In this document: positions 55,488 through 58,664 of the stretch, one piece after another
Numbering within the stretch: position 1 is the stretch's first letter
Layout: each line of letters begins with the position of its first letter
NCBI GenBank assembly: GCA_030621515.1
Contig: JAUXHN010000002.1
Coordinates: 1-58,664, forward strand
Source of the DNA: Deltaproteobacteria bacterium
Lineage (GTDB): Bacteria; Myxococcota_A; Polyangia; JAAYKL01
Direction: 5' to 3'
DNA length: 58,664 bases
The notes under the pieces: generated by a model
What the model saw: only the letters and a program-made list of their open reading frames with translations
What the model was told of the DNA's origin: nothing
Databases searched by the model: none
Position numbers and translations under genes: made by a program

Positions 55488-55825
55488 AGCACCCGGGGCG
55501 AGGGGAGATCTGGCTGGCCGATCTCAACCCGGTCAGAGGCCGCGAGCAAGCGGGCATGCGGCCTGTGCTGGTGGTGTCGCACAACGTTTTCAACCGGGGG
55601 CCGGCCGATCTGGTAATCGTCGTCCCCATCACCTCGCGGCTACGAGAGATCACCACTCACGTAAAACTCAATCCACCCGAAGGGGGCCTCAAGACGCCAA
55701 GTTCGTGCATGTGTGAGACGGTCAGATCGGTGTCGAGGGGCCGCCTCAAGAAGCGGTTCGGACACGCCGAAACAACCACGATGAAGGAAGTCGAATTCGC
55801 ACTTGGAGCCCTGCTGGATCTCTGA
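55484..55825 (+). CDS. mazF: MazF/PemK-family endoribonuclease toxin
   Basis: GEIWLADLNPVRGREQAGMRPVLVVS... matches the MazF/PemK N-terminal signature. 113 aa. Confidence 0.88.
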   Translation: MKHPGRGEIWLADLNPVRGREQAGMRPVLVVSHNVFNRGPADLVIVVPITSRLREITTHVKLNPPEGGLKTPSSCMCETVRSVSRGRLKKRFGHAETTTMKEVEFALGALLDL

Positions 55826-55840
55826 GTACTTTCGCGAAAT

Positions 55841-55857
55841 CAAACGAGAATTGACAA
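55841..55857 (+). repeat. Right copy of the 17-bp direct repeat CAAACGAGAATTGACAA
   Basis: Lies between the mazF stop and the convergent lysA stop, where a -35 box has no gene to serve. Confidence 0.9.
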
Positions 55858-55873
55858 ACTCCCAGGAAAGCCC

Positions 55874-57133
55874 CTAGCTGAATTCCGGATCCCTCTCACC
55901 TCTCACCAGATCTTCGTAGCTTCCACGCTTTCTGACGAGCGCGTGGCGGTCCCCCCTGATCATCACCTCCGCCGCCAGCGGGCGCGAATTGTAGGTGGAT
56001 GCCATTGAGAAACAGTACGCGCCGGCGCTCATCACGGCGATCAGATCTCCCGCACGCAGCGCGGGCATCTCCCTGTTCTTCGCCAGGAAGTCACCGCTTT
56101 CGCAGACAGGGCCGACGACATCGGTGATCTCCGGTTCGCGTCCCTTCTCCACCACCTGCTCGATCGCATGAAAAGAGCCGTAGATGCTCGGCCGCATCAG
56201 ATCGTTCATCCCCGCGTCGACGATGGCGAATCGCTTCCCCTCCGACTTCTTGGTGTAGAGCACACGCGTGAGAAGGACACCCGCGTTGCCGACGATGCTC
56301 CTCCCGGGTTCGAAGATTATCTTCGCGCGCTCACCTCCCAGGACGGCTCGCATCGCGCTGCCGAACTCCTCGATCGGCGGTGGTGATTCACGATCATAAG
56401 TGATGCCCAGGCCCCCGCCGAGATCCAGGTAACGAATATCGAAACCGCGGTCCCTTAGCGTGGAGGCGACCTCCCTTACCCTTGTCACGGCCTCGACGAA
56501 GGGGTCGATCGACGAGAGTTGCGAGCCGATGTGGCAGTCAACGCCGACGACGTCGATGTTTCTGAGCCCTCGCGCGCGTTCGTAACCTTCGAGCACGCTC
56601 TCGAGCCGTATACCGAACTTGCTCGTTTTGAGGCCTGTAGAAACGTAGGGGTGAGTCCGGGGATCCACGTCGGGGTTGATCCTCAGGGAGATCCTGGCAC
56701 GCTTCCCGGCCCTGCCGGCCACTTCATCGAGGGTCTTCAGCTCTGAGAAAGACTCGATATTGAACATGAGGATCTCCGCTTTCAAGGCCTGTTCCATCTC
56801 GGCGACGCTCTTGCCGACACCCGAGTACACCATCCTGGCAGGATCGATCCCGGCTCGCTCCGCTCTGTAGATCTCGCCGCCGGACACAACGTCGGCGCCG
56901 GCGCCCAGATCGGCGAGAGATCTCAAGATCGCCCGGCTGGAGTTGGCCTTCACGGCGAAACAGATCAGGTGGTTGGTGCCCTCGAAGCTCTTATCGAACT
57001 GTTCGAAGTTCTTTCGAATGGAGCTTTCGCTGTAGACATAAAGCGGAGTGCCAAAGCCCTCGGCGAGGGTTTCGAGCGGTGTGCCCTCACAATGAAGCTC
57101 GCCGCCGATTCTCCTGAATTCAGACATCATCAT
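55874..57133 (-). CDS. lysA: Diaminopimelate decarboxylase
   Basis: ICFAVKANSSRAIL (PLP lysine), DVVSGGEIYRA, CESGD near the C-terminus; 419 aa. Confidence 0.93.
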   Translation of the reverse strand: MMMSEFRRIGGELHCEGTPLETLAEGFGTPLYVYSESSIRKNFEQFDKSFEGTNHLICFAVKANSSRAILRSLADLGAGADVVSGGEIYRAERAGIDPARMVYSGVGKSVAEMEQALKAEILMFNIESFSELKTLDEVAGRAGKRARISLRINPDVDPRTHPYVSTGLKTSKFGIRLESVLEGYERARGLRNIDVVGVDCHIGSQLSSIDPFVEAVTRVREVASTLRDRGFDIRYLDLGGGLGITYDRESPPPIEEFGSAMRAVLGGERAKIIFEPGRSIVGNAGVLLTRVLYTKKSEGKRFAIVDAGMNDLMRPSIYGSFHAIEQVVEKGREPEITDVVGPVCESGDFLAKNREMPALRAGDLIAVMSAGAYCFSMASTYNSRPLAAEVMIRGDRHALVRKRGSYEDLVRGERDPEFS

Positions 57134-58523
57134 GATCCCCGTCCTCGCTGGTTTCGAAGAGTTCCTTGTGGAGTTTTCTCACCGCTGTATCGACGTTGTC
57201 ATTCCCTACCACAACGCTCAAGTTCACACCCGATCCGCCGTAGGTGATAAGTGAAACGTTGATGCCGGTGAGCGCCCGAAAGATCCTGGCCGCCACTCCG
57301 GGGGTGGCCGGTAATCTCTCGCCGACCAGGCTGACCACACCGACGTTGTCATCGACGCTCACGGTTGCGATCTCGGCGAGCTCCCGCCGCAACGCTTCGA
57401 GGGCGTCCGTGCGACCCACCGTGACGGTGACGTTGACCTCGGATGTCGCAATATGATCGACCGATATCTTCAGGCGATCGAAGACCTCGAAGACCCGTCG
57501 CAAGAACCCGCTCGTTCCGAGCATCCGGGTCGAGTAGATGTTGATCATTGCCTGGCTGCGCTTGTATGTGATCGATGAGACTGCGGGGGAAGAGCGATCG
57601 GGGAAGTCATGGTCGGGCTCCGCTGCGGAGGTGATCGTCGTACCATTCGCCAGGGGTTCGTTGAAGTTGAGAACCCTTACCGGGACGTTCGCCAGAACTG
57701 CCGGTTGTATTGAAGCAGGATGGAGGATTTTCGCGCCCAGGGTTGCCAGCTCCGCCGCCTCGCGGAAGGTTATACGCTGAACGGGTTTCGCTTGCGGGAC
57801 GATCCTGGGATCGGCGTCGAGGATTCCGTCCACGTCCTTCCAGTACTCGAGGGCGGATGCGTTCATCGCCCCGGCCAGGATCGACGCCGTGAGATCCGAG
57901 CCGCCCCGGCCCAGAGTGGTGGTTACCCCGTGCTCGTCGGCGCCCACGAACCCACCCACCACAGGGATGGCCATGCGCGCGACGACAGGGGACAGAAACT
58001 GCGCACATCGCTTTTTCGTGCCCGCGGGATCCGGGGTCGCCCCAGTGAACCTGGCATCAGTCAGTATGAGCTTCGTCGGATCGATTGCCTCCGCCGGTAT
58101 GTTTACGGATCTGCAATAGGCCGCGAGCATCGATGATGACGCAATCTCTCCGAAGGAAAGCACCGCATCGCGGCTTCGAGGGCTTACCTCACCGAGGCAG
58201 GCCATCCCCTCGATGAGGTTGTCCATGCGCGAAAAGTGGGATTGTATGGTTTTCAGAAGTTCACTCAGTATCTCTCCTTCGGGGAGAATCTTCCGCGCTA
58301 TCGAGGCGTGATCCGAAGACAGGCGCTTCGCCGTCGCACGGGCTTGCGCGTTCTGCCCCCGTTCCAGGAGATCCAGTATCTTCGTGAGCCGGTCAGTAGA
58401 ATCGCCCATCGCCGAAACGACGACGACGGGGTCTTCGTGGCATCGAGACCCAATAATCCCCACGACCCGCTCGAGCGCGGCCACGTCCTTCACTGACGAG
58501 CCGCCGAACTTCATGATGATCAT
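57120..58523 (-). CDS. lysC: Aspartate kinase
   Basis: MKFGGSSV N-terminus, the GGSD motif (LGRGGSDLTAS), and C-terminal ACT-like repeats. It overlaps lysA by 14 nt. Confidence 0.93.
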   Translation of the reverse strand: MIIMKFGGSSVKDVAALERVVGIIGSRCHEDPVVVVSAMGDSTDRLTKILDLLERGQNAQARATAKRLSSDHASIARKILPEGEILSELLKTIQSHFSRMDNLIEGMACLGEVSPRSRDAVLSFGEIASSSMLAAYCRSVNIPAEAIDPTKLILTDARFTGATPDPAGTKKRCAQFLSPVVARMAIPVVGGFVGADEHGVTTTLGRGGSDLTASILAGAMNASALEYWKDVDGILDADPRIVPQAKPVQRITFREAAELATLGAKILHPASIQPAVLANVPVRVLNFNEPLANGTTITSAAEPDHDFPDRSSPAVSSITYKRSQAMINIYSTRMLGTSGFLRRVFEVFDRLKISVDHIATSEVNVTVTVGRTDALEALRRELAEIATVSVDDNVGVVSLVGERLPATPGVAARIFRALTGINVSLITYGGSGVNLSVVVGNDNVDTAVRKLHKELFETSEDGDHDDV

Positions 58524-58664
58524 GGCTGGCCTTTTCCTTCTTCAAATCCGGGAATCCCGGACTGGTACAAGTTACAAATGTGATTGTTACTGATACGGCC
58601 CCTTAAAGCGGGCGAAGGAAAGCGAACCTTCCGAAGCCCTAGCGGGGCCCGGGTTTTATTTTGG

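Noticed and set aside
58524-58664. Possible lysine riboswitch (L-box) in the lysC leader, and the palindrome TCCGGGA-A-TCCCGGA at 58547-58561
   Set aside because: Only 141 nt of leader lie in the window, and I could not recognise L-box core elements by eye. The palindrome may be an operator, but there is no supporting evidence. A covariance-model search (Rfam Lysine) on the extended region would decide.
1-58664. Search for tRNA, rRNA, tmRNA, transposase, integrase, phage or classical defence genes
   Set aside because: I recognised none by eye on either strand. tRNAscan/Infernal and defence-system HMM scans would be needed to exclude small or divergent examples.

Overview
GC-rich bacterial chromosomal segment with about 55 protein genes. 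I recognised no rRNA, tRNA, CRISPR array, transposase or integrase. Housekeeping anchors are alanine racemase, DnaK, two tandem Hsp20 genes, a six-gene 2-oxoacid:ferredoxin oxidoreductase operon, a sigma-54 enhancer-binding response regulator, a class-V aminotransferase, tRNA-dihydrouridine synthase, a LarA-family isomerase, a DTW-domain tRNA-modification enzyme, DAP decarboxylase and aspartate kinase. Between them is a very dense set of envelope or secreted proteins: more than 25 have a signal peptide or lipobox. These include GH5, SGNH, S1C protease, C69 dipeptidase, metallophosphoesterase, two FGE-like proteins, vWA, SBBP propeller, beta-helix and PEGA proteins. The most unusual recurring feature is a poly(Asp-Thr/Ser) tract placed just after the lipobox cysteine of at least ten otherwise unrelated lipoproteins, encoded by in-frame hexanucleotide microsatellites. 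Other points worth a second look: a lipoprotein carrying a complete peptide deformylase domain beside a secreted dipeptidase; a mazEF cassette bracketed by 17-bp direct repeats; a near-consensus sigma-54 promoter driving an unannotated 59-aa ORF; two homopolymer-tract frameshifts near the 5' end; a Kor-type operon with an inserted GltD-like flavoprotein and a NuoG-N-terminal-like Fe-S protein; a DTW protein with an extra C-terminal domain; a duplicated 5'UTR and signal-peptide cassette on two different lipoproteins; and an orphan 3' fragment of a GH5 paralog. No canonical defence island or mobile element is evident. All functional calls come from motif reading by eye, with no database search, so family names are best guesses and start codons are provisional.
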